Of a stretch of 64,000 nt of DNA, positions 35,940 to 45,825 are shown in pieces. The DNA is from an uncultured Actinomycetota bacterium (GTDB taxonomy: Bacteria > Actinomycetota > Actinomycetes > Propionibacteriales > Propionibacteriaceae). Every line of letters begins with the position of its first letter. The first letter of the stretch is position 1. The DNA is taken from contig CAVXAP010000030.1 of the NCBI GenBank assembly GCA_963759635.1, positions 142,149 to 206,148 of the forward strand, given 5' to 3'. The position numbers were made by a program, and so were the translations under genes. Below the pieces are notes generated by a model. That model was not told the DNA's origin. It was given only the letters and a program-made list of their open reading frames with translations, and did not search any database.

Positions 35940-37388
35940 ATGCGTGCGCTGTGTAGCCGCAGGAGCGGCAGGCGGGGCCGTCGAGCGTGGGCGCTCCTGG
36001 CGACGCTAATGACAGCGGTGGTGCTCTCAGCCGCCGCCTGCAGCTCGCCGAGGCCGACGCCTGGCGGACCGGCCACCACCGCGGCCTCGACAGGACCCGG
36101 GAAGCCCGTCATCCCGCCTGATACGCCGCCCGGCGCCCAGCTCGGGTGGCTCATCGCGGCGACGGCCCACCTGCCCATCTCCGACGCGGAGGTACGCGCC
36201 CACTTCGACGCGGGCTACCTAGCCATGGTCAGCCCGGCTGCGCTCAACCAATGGCTGCAAGCACTCAACCAATGGCTGGAAGCAGGGAGTGGCGCCGAGC
36301 CGGTCGCGATCAAGGTCGGTGAGCCGAGCATGGTTGTCGCTGTCGTCTCCGGCGGCGGTGCAGGCCCGCGGGCTCGGGTTGGGCTCACCGTCGGCAGTCG
36401 GGGGCTGATCGGCGACCTGGACATCAGTCCGGTCATCGCCGGGCCGGTGCCGTCCACGTGGGCAGGTGTCGATGACGCGATCCGCTCGGTCGCCCCCCAG
36501 GTCCGCCTGCTCGTCGCCAACGTCAGCGACGGCTCGTGTGAACCTGTGCACAGCAGGGACCCCGACACCACGGCGCCGTTCGGCTCGGTCATGAAGCTCT
36601 ACGTGCTCCACGCGCTGGGTGATGCCGTGGCCTCTGGCAAGGTCAGCTGGGACCAGCCACTGACCGTCACCGCACAGCTCAAGAGCCTCCCCTCCGGTGT
36701 GCTCCAGTATGAGCCGGACGGCACCCAGATCTCGGTGCTGGACGCGGCCACCAAGATGATTACTATCAGCGACAACACAGCCACGGACATGCTGATCAAC
36801 CTCATGGGCCGCTCCGCGGTCGAGGCGGCGCTCACTACCGCGGGCATGGCCAAACCCTCGCTGAACCGGCCGTTCCTGACCACCCGTGAGACATTCATCC
36901 TCGCGCTCGAGCAATGGCCGGCGCTGGCGGACCGTTACCTCGCCGCGAACGAAGCTGAACGGCGGGCGCTGTTGGCCAACACCGTCGACCGGCTCCCCTT
37001 GCCCGACGTGGCAGCTATGAGAGCGTTGAGCACGCGAGGCGATATCAGCAGCCCGGGATGGATCGCCTCGGCCAGCGACATCTGCCGTGCCTACGTCTCG
37101 CTCATCGCCCTCACCCGCCGACCGGGCCTGTCCCCGATCAGCCAGGTGCTTTCTCTCAACGACGACGTCCTCGAGCTCGACCCGGCCCAGTGGCAGACAA
37201 CCTGGCGCAAGGGCGGATACGGGGGAGGCGTGTTAACCATGGCCTACCTCGCTACTACCCGGGCGGGGCAGAGCTATGTCGTCACGGTGTTCGCCCAGAG
37301 CCGATCCCAGCCCATCGACCCTGCCGCAGCGGGCCCGGTCATGCTTACGGCGATCAAGGGGGCGTTCACGCTAGCAGCGCGCCGCTGA
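35940..37388 (+). CDS. Lipoprotein with a C-terminal class-A beta-lactamase-like serine hydrolase domain
   Basis: Lipobox LSAAAC. SVMK (SxxK), ISDNTATD (SDN) and WRKGG (KxG) in class-A order, with an extra N-terminal domain of about 190 aa. Confidence 0.82.
   Translation: MRALCSRRSGRRGRRAWALLATLMTAVVLSAAACSSPRPTPGGPATTAASTGPGKPVIPPDTPPGAQLGWLIAATAHLPISDAEVRAHFDAGYLAMVSPAALNQWLQALNQWLEAGSGAEPVAIKVGEPSMVVAVVSGGGAGPRARVGLTVGSRGLIGDLDISPVIAGPVPSTWAGVDDAIRSVAPQVRLLVANVSDGSCEPVHSRDPDTTAPFGSVMKLYVLHALGDAVASGKVSWDQPLTVTAQLKSLPSGVLQYEPDGTQISVLDAATKMITISDNTATDMLINLMGRSAVEAALTTAGMAKPSLNRPFLTTRETFILALEQWPALADRYLAANEAERRALLANTVDRLPLPDVAAMRALSTRGDISSPGWIASASDICRAYVSLIALTRRPGLSPISQVLSLNDDVLELDPAQWQTTWRKGGYGGGVLTMAYLATTRAGQSYVVTVFAQSRSQPIDPAAAGPVMLTAIKGAFTLAARR
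36244..36285 (+). repeat. In-frame 21-bp tandem duplication inside the lipoprotein gene
   Basis: ctcaaccaatggctgcaagca / ctcaaccaatggctggaagca, encoding LNQWLQA LNQWLEA. Confidence 0.9.
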
Positions 37389-37601
37389 GATCGGTGAGGG
37401 TTGGCCGAGCGTGATGCTTATAGCTCTGCCTTCGGTGAGTGCATCGCCCGGTTCAGCGAGTCCGGCGGACGAGCCCTTCGGCGCGAACCTGGTGACGATC
37501 GTGGCATCGTGGACGGTCTGCGAGCCGGTGGGGTCGTCGTCAAGGACACTGATCCGGCGACGTACGCGGCGGTGAGCCTCACGAATCAGGGTATCGGGCA
37601 T
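37371..37601 (-). pseudogene. 5' fragment of a four-carbon acid sugar kinase (DUF1537-type) gene
   Basis: RRISVLDDDPTGSQTVHDATIVT matches the N-terminal xLDDDPTGxQTV signature. Only about 76 codons are present, and they run into the 3' end of the convergent gene. Confidence 0.45.
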
Positions 37602-37707
37602 CTGGCTCGACCCGTAGCGGCGGCCAGCTGTCGCGGATGTCGGGCCCATCCTCCTCATGGCTAGCCATGGGTCATCAGTGTTCTGTCTGAACCTGCTACC
37701 TCCGGAG

Positions 37708-38200
37708 TCAGTGGATGTGCGAGCCGCCGTTGACGTCATAAGTGACGCCGGTGATGTAGCTCGACTCCTCGCGACAGAGGAAGGTGATGAGGTCGGCGAC
37801 GTCGTGGACGTTGCCTCCGCGGCCTACCGGGATCTGGGCGACGAGCTGCGCCTTACATTCGCCTGTAAGCGCCCCGCCGCTGATGTCGGTTTCGACGAAG
37901 CCGGGGGCGACTGAGTTGACCGTCACACCGTTCGCCCCAGCTCTCGGGCCAGTGCCCGCGCGAAGCCGAGCTCCGCGGCTTTCGCCGCCGAGTACGCAAC
38001 GGCACCGAATAGTCCGCCGCCCCGCTCGGCTGAGACTGAGGACAGGAAGACGATGCGACCGAAACCGCGATCGACCATGACCGGCGCGACCCGGCGGGTC
38101 GTGTTGTAAGAGCCGCGGACGTTCACGGCGAAGATGCGGTTCCACTCCTCCCCAGTGACATCTAGGGACCGGGTCGGGGAGGTGATGCCGGCATCCGAGA
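37708..38200 (-). pseudogene. Short-chain dehydrogenase/reductase (FabG-like), N-terminally truncated and frameshifted
   Basis: Two frames: ...EEWNRIFAVNVRGSYNTTRRVAPVMVDRGFGRIVFLSSVSAERGGGLFGAVAYSAAKAAELGFARALARELG, then (shift near 37930) NGVTVNSVAPGFVETD...ITGVTYDVNGGSHIH*. The Rossmann TGxxxGxG part is absent. Confidence 0.65.
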
Positions 38201-38321
38201 TCGCCGATCGGCTTGCGCTGAGTCCACGGACCGTGCACGTGCATCTTCGATCTTCGACAAGCTCGGCGTGAACAGCCGGACGGCGGCCGCCCGTGCGGTC
38301 GCCTCGCTCTCCCCTCGTTGA
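38150..38321 (+). pseudogene. LuxR/NarL-type C-terminal HTH remnant (frameshifted)
   Basis: ASEIADRLALSPRTVHVHLRS then (1-nt shift) IFDKLGVNSRTAAARAVASL*. This is the classic LuxR-family HTH. No receiver or N-terminal domain precedes it. Confidence 0.55.
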
Positions 38322-38496
38322 TAACGACTATCAAGGTCCGCGAGTTAGGAGATGGCTCGGTGAGTGTGGATGCCGAGCTGATCGCCGATCGGCTTCCCTC
38401 CTAGCGCAAGGCTGGCCAAGATCCCCATTGCCGCGACTGCCAGCCCGGCCCATCCCTGACGGCCGAGCGTGCAAGCAGCCAGTTAGCGTCATCCTC

Positions 38497-39387
38497 GTGT
38501 GGACACTCTCGGACCTGGTGGAGCTGCATGGGGGAGCCTTTCGTATGGGCTCGCAGCAGTTCTATCCCGACGAAGGGCCGGTTCATGAGGAGCATGTTGA
38601 GCCTTTTGCGATCGAGCAGCATCCCGTCACTAATGCTCAGTTTTCAGAGTTCGTTTCCAAGACCGGTTACGTGACGGTGGCCGAGCGACCACTCGATCCG
38701 GCACTGTTTCCCGATCTTGCGGCCGATGATCTTGAGCCAGGAGCTTTGGTCTTTAGCCCAACCACCGGACCGGTCGATCTGAGCGATTGGCGGCAGTGGT
38801 GGCGTTGGTCGGTGGGGGCTGACTGGCAACACCCGTCTGGGCCTGGATCAAGCATCGCCGACAAGGCCGATCACCCGGTGGTGCAGGTTTCCTATTACGA
38901 CGCAGAGGCGTACGCGACCTGGGTGGGTCGCCGGCTCCCGAGCGAGGCGGAGTGGGAGTATGCCGCCCGAGCGGGCGGCACGTCGACGTACGCCTGGGGT
39001 GAGCAGGTCAAGCCGGCCGGCCGGTTGATGGCCAACACCTGGCAGGGCCATTTCCCATACCAGAACACTGGCGCTGACGGCTGGATCGGCACCTCTCGTG
39101 TCGGGTCGTTTCCAACCAATGGTTTCGGCCTGAGCGACATGATCGGCAATGTCTGGGAGTGGACGACAACGACCTATCAGACGAGGCATGTCGTGACATC
39201 GCCATGCTGTGGCCCCGCGCCAATGGCTGCGCCGGCAGCCGATCCGACGATCCGCAAGGCGTTGAAGGGTGGCTCACACCTATGCGCGCCGGACTACTGC
39301 CTTCGATACCGCCCGGCGGCGCGATCGCCGCAGTCGCTGGACACCTCAACGACCCACATCGGCTTTCGGTGTGTGGTGAGCCTCTGA
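38497..39387 (+). CDS. Formylglycine-generating enzyme (SUMF1/FGE family)
   Basis: HGGAFRMGS..., PVTNAQFSEFVSKTGYVTVAE, RLPSEAEWEYAARAG, GGSHLCAPDYCLRYRPAAR...HIGFRC. The start is approximate (GTG 38497). Confidence 0.85.
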   Translation: MWTLSDLVELHGGAFRMGSQQFYPDEGPVHEEHVEPFAIEQHPVTNAQFSEFVSKTGYVTVAERPLDPALFPDLAADDLEPGALVFSPTTGPVDLSDWRQWWRWSVGADWQHPSGPGSSIADKADHPVVQVSYYDAEAYATWVGRRLPSEAEWEYAARAGGTSTYAWGEQVKPAGRLMANTWQGHFPYQNTGADGWIGTSRVGSFPTNGFGLSDMIGNVWEWTTTTYQTRHVVTSPCCGPAPMAAPAADPTIRKALKGGSHLCAPDYCLRYRPAARSPQSLDTSTTHIGFRCVVSL

Positions 39388-39652
39388 GCGCTCGCCATCA
39401 TGCAGCGGCGAAGTTCCTGCTCCCTGACTCCAACCCCATTTGACCGCAGTCGGCGTCCAAGAGAGCTACGCCGATCTCACCCGGCTCGGGTGAGGCGGTG
39501 CCGAGGCGCCGCGTGGCACGCTTGTGCCAACGGAGATCGCAGCGGTCGGGTACGCGTTCCGCCGAGACCGGCAATCGACTGAAGCCGGTCAGGGCGAACA
39601 GGCCCGCAACTTGGAACCGTTGAGCCTTCGAGACAACCCTCCGGAGGAACCC

Positions 39653-42020
39653 ATGAGTCCCGACCGCCATGCACGCACGATGTTGCCCATCCCTGACCGG
39701 CCCGCGTTCGGTCTGACCACTTACGACGCCAAGGATCCCGATACCGCGTACCCCCCGATCGAGCCCTTGCTCCCACCGGAGGGCGCGCCGAACGTGCTGA
39801 TCGTGCTGCTGGATGATGTTGGTTTCGGTGCAGCGAGCACGTTCGGTGGTCCATGTCGTACGCCGACGGCGGACCGGCTCGCGGCGGGTGGCCTGACGTA
39901 CAACCGCTTCCACACGACGGCGCTGTGTGCTCCTACTCGTGCGGCGTTGCTTTCGGGCCGTAATCACCATTCGGTCGGGATGGGCAGCATCACCGAGACC
40001 GCGACGTCGGCTCCTGGGAATAGCTCGTTGCGGCCGAACACGAAGGCGCCGTTGGCGATGACGCTGAAGCTGAACGGGTACTCGACGGCGCAGTTCGGCA
40101 AGTGCCATGAGGTGCCGGTGTGGCAGTCGTCGCCGATGGGCCCCTTTGATGCCTGGCCGTCGGCTGGCGGCGGGTTCGAGGCGTTCTACGGGTTCATCGG
40201 TGGGGAGAACAACCAATGGGATCCGGCACTGTATGACGGCACGACGCCGGTGGAGCCGCCCGGCGACTCCCGAAGAGGGGTATCACCTGACCGAGGACCT
40301 AGCCGATCGGGCCGTTGGCTGGGTGCGTCAGCAGAAGGCGTTGATGCCGGACAAGCCGTTCTTCGTGTATTTCGCGCCGGGCGCGACGCATGCCCCGCAT
40401 CACGTCCCCAAGGAGTGGGCCGATAAGTACAGGGGTGCATTCGACGACGGCTGGGACGTGCAGCGGGAGCGTACGTTCGCCCGGCAGAAGGAGCTGGGAG
40501 TCATCCCGGCGGAGGCGGAGCTTACTGCTCGTCATGCCGAGATTCCGGCGTGGGATGACATGCCTGATGAACTCAAGCCGGTATTGGCTCGTGAAATGGA
40601 GGTGTACGCCGGGTTCTTGGAGCACGTCGATCATCACGTCGGCCGGCTGATCGATGCGATCGACGACCTGGGGGTCCTGGACAACACGATCATCTACTAC
40701 ATCGTCGGTGACAATGGTGCGTCCGCCGAGGGCACATTGAACGGTGCGTTCAACGAGTTGGCGAACTTCAACGGGATGGCTGCGTTGGAGACTCCGGAGT
40801 TCATGGTGAGCAAGATGGAGGAGTTCGGGTCACCGAGCTCCTATAACCACTTTGCGGTCGGTTGGGCGTGGGCGATGGACACGCCGTTCCAGTGGACCAA
40901 GCAGGTCGCCTCCCATTGGGGTGGCACTCGCAACGGGACGATCGTGCATTGGCCGAACGGGATCGAGCAACCGGGTGGTCTGCGCGCGCAGTTCACCCAT
41001 GTGATCGACGTGGCGCCGACGATCTTGGAGGCGGCCGGCCTGCCCGAGCCGACGATGGTGAACGGGGTCCAGCAGTCGCCCATGGAGGGCACCAGCATGC
41101 TCTACACCTTCAACGAGGCGGATGCGCCGGAACGCCACGACCTGCAGTACTTCGAGATGTTCGCCAACCGGGGCATCTACCACAAAGGGTGGAGCGCCGT
41201 TACGAAGCACCGCACGCCGTGGGTGATGGTCGGCGGGAAGCTGCCGGCCTTCGACGAGGACCTCTGGGAGCTCTATGACGGCAGCACCGACTACAGCCAG
41301 GCTCGCAACCTCGTTGCCGAGCAGCCCGACAGGCTCGCTAAGCTGCAGCGACTCTGGCTGATCGAAGCGACCAAGTACAACGTGTTGCCGATGGACGACC
41401 GCACCTCCGAACGGCTCGTGCCGGAAATGGCCGGGCGACCGACCCTGATCCGGGGCAACTCTCAGCTGTTCTTCCCCGGCATGGGACGCCTGTCGGAGAA
41501 CAGTGTGGTGAGCATCAAGAACAAGTCGTTCTCAGTCACCGCCGAGGTGGTCGTACCCGACGGCGGCGCGGACGGCGTGATCATCGCCCAAGGCGGCCGG
41601 TTCGGCGGGTGGTCGGTCTATGCAAAGAACGGCAAGGCCAAGTTCGTCTACAACGTGCTCGGCATCCAGGAGTTCACCACCGAGTCCGACGTGGCCATTC
41701 CCACTGGCACTCATCAGGTGCGCGTGGAGTTCGCCTACGACGGAGGTGGGCTGGCCAAGGGCGGCGATGTCACCTTGTACTTCGACGGTACGGCGGTGGG
41801 GACCGGGCGCGTGGGCGCCACCCAGCCGATGATCTTCTCCGCCGACGAGACCACCGACATCGGCTACGAGTCCGGTACCACAGTCACCTCCGACTACACC
41901 GCGCGCGGCAGCCGGTTCACCGGCAAGATCAACTGGGTGCAGCTCGATCTCGGCAAGGATGATCACGACCACTTCATCGACCCAGAGGAACGACTCCGAA
42001 TCGCCATGTCGCGGCAATAG
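39653..42020 (+). pseudogene. Arylsulfatase, interrupted by a single frameshift near 40255-40272
   Basis: GGAGGA RBS. LLDDVGFG and the CAPTR FGly motif (LCAPTRAALLSGRN). The frame switches between ...YDGTTPVEPP and ATPEEGYHLTEDLADRA. Both halves are otherwise intact. Confidence 0.75.
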
Positions 42021-42211
42021 CGAAATCGGAACCAACCGGCTTTCCAAGTCGTCTCCGCCTCTGTCCGGGGAGGTTTCCTCGTCCACGATGCGCCTTGACT
42101 GCTGGTCCAGAGCTGAGGCAGCAGCCGGGCTGAGGTTGTAGACCCTGTCCTCGAGGGTGTGACGTGTCGCGGCAGTTTCCCGACACTGAGCCCCGACCGT
42201 AAAGTCGAGCC

Positions 42212-42736
42212 GTGTCGATTGCGCAAAAGACGCGGGTCGGTCGGCTGAACATCCGAGTGGACCGAGTGATCTACACAACGATCACCCTGATGACTGTGTT
42301 GATCATCTATGACGGTTGGGAGCAGTTGCGCTTCTGGGATGTCGTGACCGTCATCGTGGGACCAATTCTGGCGATCTTCATGGGCCATGTCTTCGGTGCG
42401 GGGCTCGGAACGCGGGTCGCTCTGGGCCGCGCGCTGACCCGGCATGAGCGCCGGGCCGTTTCCGTCGAAGAGTGTCGATTCCTGCTGGTCGCGGTCCCGC
42501 CGCTGGCCATTTTGGTCGTGCTGGCCATCGCCGGAGTGTCTTACACGCGGATCATCCAGGTGATCGTCCTCACCGGTGTGCTCTCGCTGGGCGTGTGGGG
42601 CGGTGTGGCGGGGCGGCGGGCAGGGCTGACCGGTTGGGCGCTGGTGCTCTCGATCGCCTACGGCCTGTTGCTCGGGGGCATCATCTTGGTGCTTCAGGCG
42701 TTACTCCAGCCCGGGCACGAGCCCTTCCGCCCGTAA
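42212..42736 (+). CDS. Hypothetical membrane protein
   Basis: 174-aa ORF (GTG start) with about 5 TM helices. I recognise no family. Confidence 0.5.
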   Translation: MSIAQKTRVGRLNIRVDRVIYTTITLMTVLIIYDGWEQLRFWDVVTVIVGPILAIFMGHVFGAGLGTRVALGRALTRHERRAVSVEECRFLLVAVPPLAILVVLAIAGVSYTRIIQVIVLTGVLSLGVWGGVAGRRAGLTGWALVLSIAYGLLLGGIILVLQALLQPGHEPFRP

Positions 42737-42765
42737 CCGGGGTCGGATCCGACGCAACGGACTCC

Positions 42766-42782
42766 GCTGGGAATTTCCCAGC
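42766..42782. other. 17-nt near-perfect palindrome GCTGGGAATTTCCCAGC
   Basis: 8-bp arms around one central nucleotide, 30 nt after the stop of the 42212 gene. It could be a terminator-like hairpin or an operator. Confidence 0.25.
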
Positions 42783-43140
42783 TCTAACCGCTCGTTGGCT
42801 TTCCAGGTCCGCCTAAGAGGTTTGATGTGCCATACCAAGATGGCGGGTTCGTCCAGGCACACGCTGGGCTGCAGTTGCGCTGGCCGTCGCGCGGTCGCCC
42901 ACACTACGGATGATTCCAGCCACCATATTCCCAAGGGCAGTGCGCGGGCCGTAGGCTTCCTTCACACCCGGAATATTTTTCGGGTGCAGACCAACGCGAC
43001 TCTGGTCAGCACAGTGGAATCTGTCGCCAGCGTTGTGAATCTGAGGGAGCAGTATCTGCTGGGTCGTCGGTCTGGCCGACCCGGATGGGCGGCTGGCTTT
43101 ACCGGTGAGCCTGGCTCTCCACCGAAGGAGATGGGTTCGG

Positions 43141-44469
43141 ATGTCGTTGAAGAAACTGCCGCTGATCGACAAAAATATGGTCGTCCCGTTCTGGTTGTTG
43201 ACCAGCTGCTTTATCGTGTGGGGGCTCGCCCAGGACCTGACCGCCCCAATGGTCACCGCCTTCAAGGGCATCTTCACGATGAGCACCTTCGAGGCGTCGC
43301 TGGTCCAGTTTGCCTACTTCGGGGCCTACTTCTGCCTAGCTCTTCCCACCGCGTTCCTCAACGAGCGGTTCGGCTACAAGGTGGGCGTCCTGACCGGCCT
43401 CGGCCTCGCCGCGATCGGGGCGTTCGGGTTCTACCCCGCGGCTAAGTCGCTGACCTTCGGCGTGTTCCTCATCGCTCTGTTCATCCTTGCCGCCGGTCTC
43501 TCCGTTCTGGAGACCTCCGCCAACCCGTTCGCCATCGCGATGGGTCCGGAGGGCACTGCGACCAGGCGGCTCAACCTGGCGCAGTCGTTCAACCCGCTCG
43601 GAACCAACCTCGGTGTCCTGCTGGCCGCCGTCCTTGTCTTGCCGAAGATGAACCCGGCCACGCCTGAACAGCGGGCCACAATGCCGCACGACCAGCTGGT
43701 CACGATCCAGACCGCCGAGCTCAACGCAATCATGAACCCCTACCTGGGCTTGGCGGTCGCGCTGGTCATCATCTGGATTGGCCTATTCATAAAGAAGGTT
43801 CCCAGAAGCCACGAGGAGGTCGCCTCGGACAGCCACCATCTGCACTTCGGCGACACCGTCCGCCGGCTGCACCACAACCACCACTGGCGCTACGGGGTCC
43901 TCGCCCAATTCTTCAATGTCGGAGCCCAGGTCTGCACCTGGACCTACATCGTGCTCTATGTCGCAGAGGTGGTCCCCGGTGGCACCGCGGTCCGGGGTGC
44001 CTATTTTCTGCAGGTCAGCCTGATCCTCTTCTTCATCTCCCGGTTCGTCATGACCTGGCTGATGGGCTACGTCAGGGCCACGAAGCTGCTTGCGATCATG
44101 GCCAGCCTCGCCATTCTGCTCTGTCTCTACGCCGCGTTCTTCCCCGGCCTGTCCGGGGCGTGGGCGCTCGTCGGGGTGTCCGCCTGCCTGTCGCTGATGT
44201 TCCCCACGATCTACGGGGTGGCGCTGCACGGTCTCGGGGTGGATACCAAATTCGCAGCCGCCGGCCTGGTCATGGCGATCGTAGGCGGCGCCATCATGCC
44301 GCCACTCCAGGGCCTGCTGGCCGACCGGTTCGGTATCGCGCTGGCGTTCATCGTGGCCGCAGTCTGCTTCCTGGGCGTATTGGCCTACGCAATCTTTGAC
44401 CTCAGATCGCACGACCGGTTCGCCGACATTCCGGACGAAGAGCCGAAGATCTCGATGGCCGGCCACTGA
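43141..44469 (+). CDS. MFS sugar:H+ symporter, FucP / glucose-galactose transporter family
   Basis: 12-TM ORF. The N-terminal region WGLAQDLTAPMVTAFKGIFTMSTFEASLVQFAYFGAYF parallels the FucP signature. Confidence 0.8.
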   Translation: MSLKKLPLIDKNMVVPFWLLTSCFIVWGLAQDLTAPMVTAFKGIFTMSTFEASLVQFAYFGAYFCLALPTAFLNERFGYKVGVLTGLGLAAIGAFGFYPAAKSLTFGVFLIALFILAAGLSVLETSANPFAIAMGPEGTATRRLNLAQSFNPLGTNLGVLLAAVLVLPKMNPATPEQRATMPHDQLVTIQTAELNAIMNPYLGLAVALVIIWIGLFIKKVPRSHEEVASDSHHLHFGDTVRRLHHNHHWRYGVLAQFFNVGAQVCTWTYIVLYVAEVVPGGTAVRGAYFLQVSLILFFISRFVMTWLMGYVRATKLLAIMASLAILLCLYAAFFPGLSGAWALVGVSACLSLMFPTIYGVALHGLGVDTKFAAAGLVMAIVGGAIMPPLQGLLADRFGIALAFIVAAVCFLGVLAYAIFDLRSHDRFADIPDEEPKISMAGH

Positions 44470-44589
44470 GACAGTGCGCACCTACCTTCCCGATTGTCAC
44501 GCGCTGGAGCTCCCGAGGCGAGTTCATCGGCCTTCATGAGCCCGATGCCGTGGGTGGAAGCCGAAGATCCGGAGGGAATTCGGAGGAAT

Positions 44590-45552
44590 CTAGGCTTTCT
44601 CGGCGATCAGATCGTCTACCTCGGCCGATGTCGGCGGCTGCGGCCCCCGCCGGGAGCAGACGATTGAGGCAGCCGCCGCGCCGCGTTCCAAGGAGCCTGC
44701 GAGCCCGAGCTGGAGCTTCACATAGCCATCCAAGAAGCCCGCCATGAACGTATCGCCGGCACCGACCGTATCGACGACCTTGGTGGGGAAGCCCGGGACG
44801 CGTGTGATGTTTCCGCCTGGCTCGACGGCCGCTCCGCCACCTGGCCCGAGTGTGATCACTGCAAGCCCCAAGCCGTACTCTTCGACCCAACGTCCCGCTA
44901 GCCCAACTGGATCGGTACCACTTTCGCTTGCGCCACTGCTGGCCGCCTTGGCGAGGAACTGGATGTCCTCGTCGCTTGCCTTGACGATCCCTTGACGTCG
45001 ACCGACCACACGGAGCCAGGGCTGCACCTTGGTCCAGTACGCATCGGGATCGGTGATCACGGTCGGTCGCACGTTGATGTCGTGTGAGACCCCCGCTTTA
45101 ACGTCACGCATCCAATCGAGCAGCACCTCTGCACCCGGACTCACGATGCAGGACAACGACGCAATATGGAGCCAGTCATCGCTGTTCAGCTCAGGCAGAT
45201 CGTCGACCTGCCAGCCGAAATTTGCCGTGTCGTTGAAGTGGAACGTGTAACTCGCCACCCCCTCTTCATCCAGACTTACGACCGCAATCGAGGTGGCCTG
45301 TGAGGCCTCGGTGGCAAGATCGAGTTTGACGTTGGCCTCGAGGATGTGCTGTCGCAGCTGGCGACCGAAGGCGTCCCGGGAGAGCCGACCTAGAAAATGC
45401 GTGTCAGCACCAAGCTTGCCCAGCGCGACCGCGGAATTCATTGGTCCGCCGGCAGACAATGCCAGCCACGTCGAGCTAAAAGAGTCCTTGCTGGCCGTAT
45501 TGGACTGGACCAGATCAATCAGAGCCTCTCCACACACCACGAAGCGGCTCAT
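44590..45552 (-). CDS. PfkB-family carbohydrate kinase (fructokinase-like)
   Basis: C-terminal DTVGAGDTFMAG (PfkB signature 2) and an N-terminal GEALIDLV pattern. Confidence 0.85.
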   Translation of the reverse strand: MSRFVVCGEALIDLVQSNTASKDSFSSTWLALSAGGPMNSAVALGKLGADTHFLGRLSRDAFGRQLRQHILEANVKLDLATEASQATSIAVVSLDEEGVASYTFHFNDTANFGWQVDDLPELNSDDWLHIASLSCIVSPGAEVLLDWMRDVKAGVSHDINVRPTVITDPDAYWTKVQPWLRVVGRRQGIVKASDEDIQFLAKAASSGASESGTDPVGLAGRWVEEYGLGLAVITLGPGGGAAVEPGGNITRVPGFPTKVVDTVGAGDTFMAGFLDGYVKLQLGLAGSLERGAAAASIVCSRRGPQPPTSAEVDDLIAEKA

Positions 45553-45825
45553 GCGGACAATCTAGTGGTTGTTGCATCCCAGTGGTAAGCAGTTAAGCAA
45601 TCCGGATCGACATGTGAAAGCCGCTCGCAGCAACAGCTCAACAATGCGCCGGCGCGCGGCGACCCAGGTGGTTATGGGCAACCGGCCGGTCCTCTCACGG
45701 AGAGTACTCAGGTCGGCCATCGCCACGTTCACCGTGATGGCTATGAGCCCCGCAGCCGCTGCGGGATCGTCCGGGTGGCTTGGGCCGCGGCTCATGACAG
45801 CTGCGAGCATGATAGGAATCGAGGC

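Noticed and set aside
45553-45825. Expected a DosR-like box before the PfkB kinase (by analogy with the Rv2029c class) and before Hsp20
   Set aside because: There is no 14-mer with two acceptable half-sites upstream of the kinase. Upstream of hsp20 there are only weak half-matches (GGGACAATGCGCTC at 23310 and CGGACTACGGCCAC at 23236). Regulon membership of these two genes is therefore not supported by the sequence.
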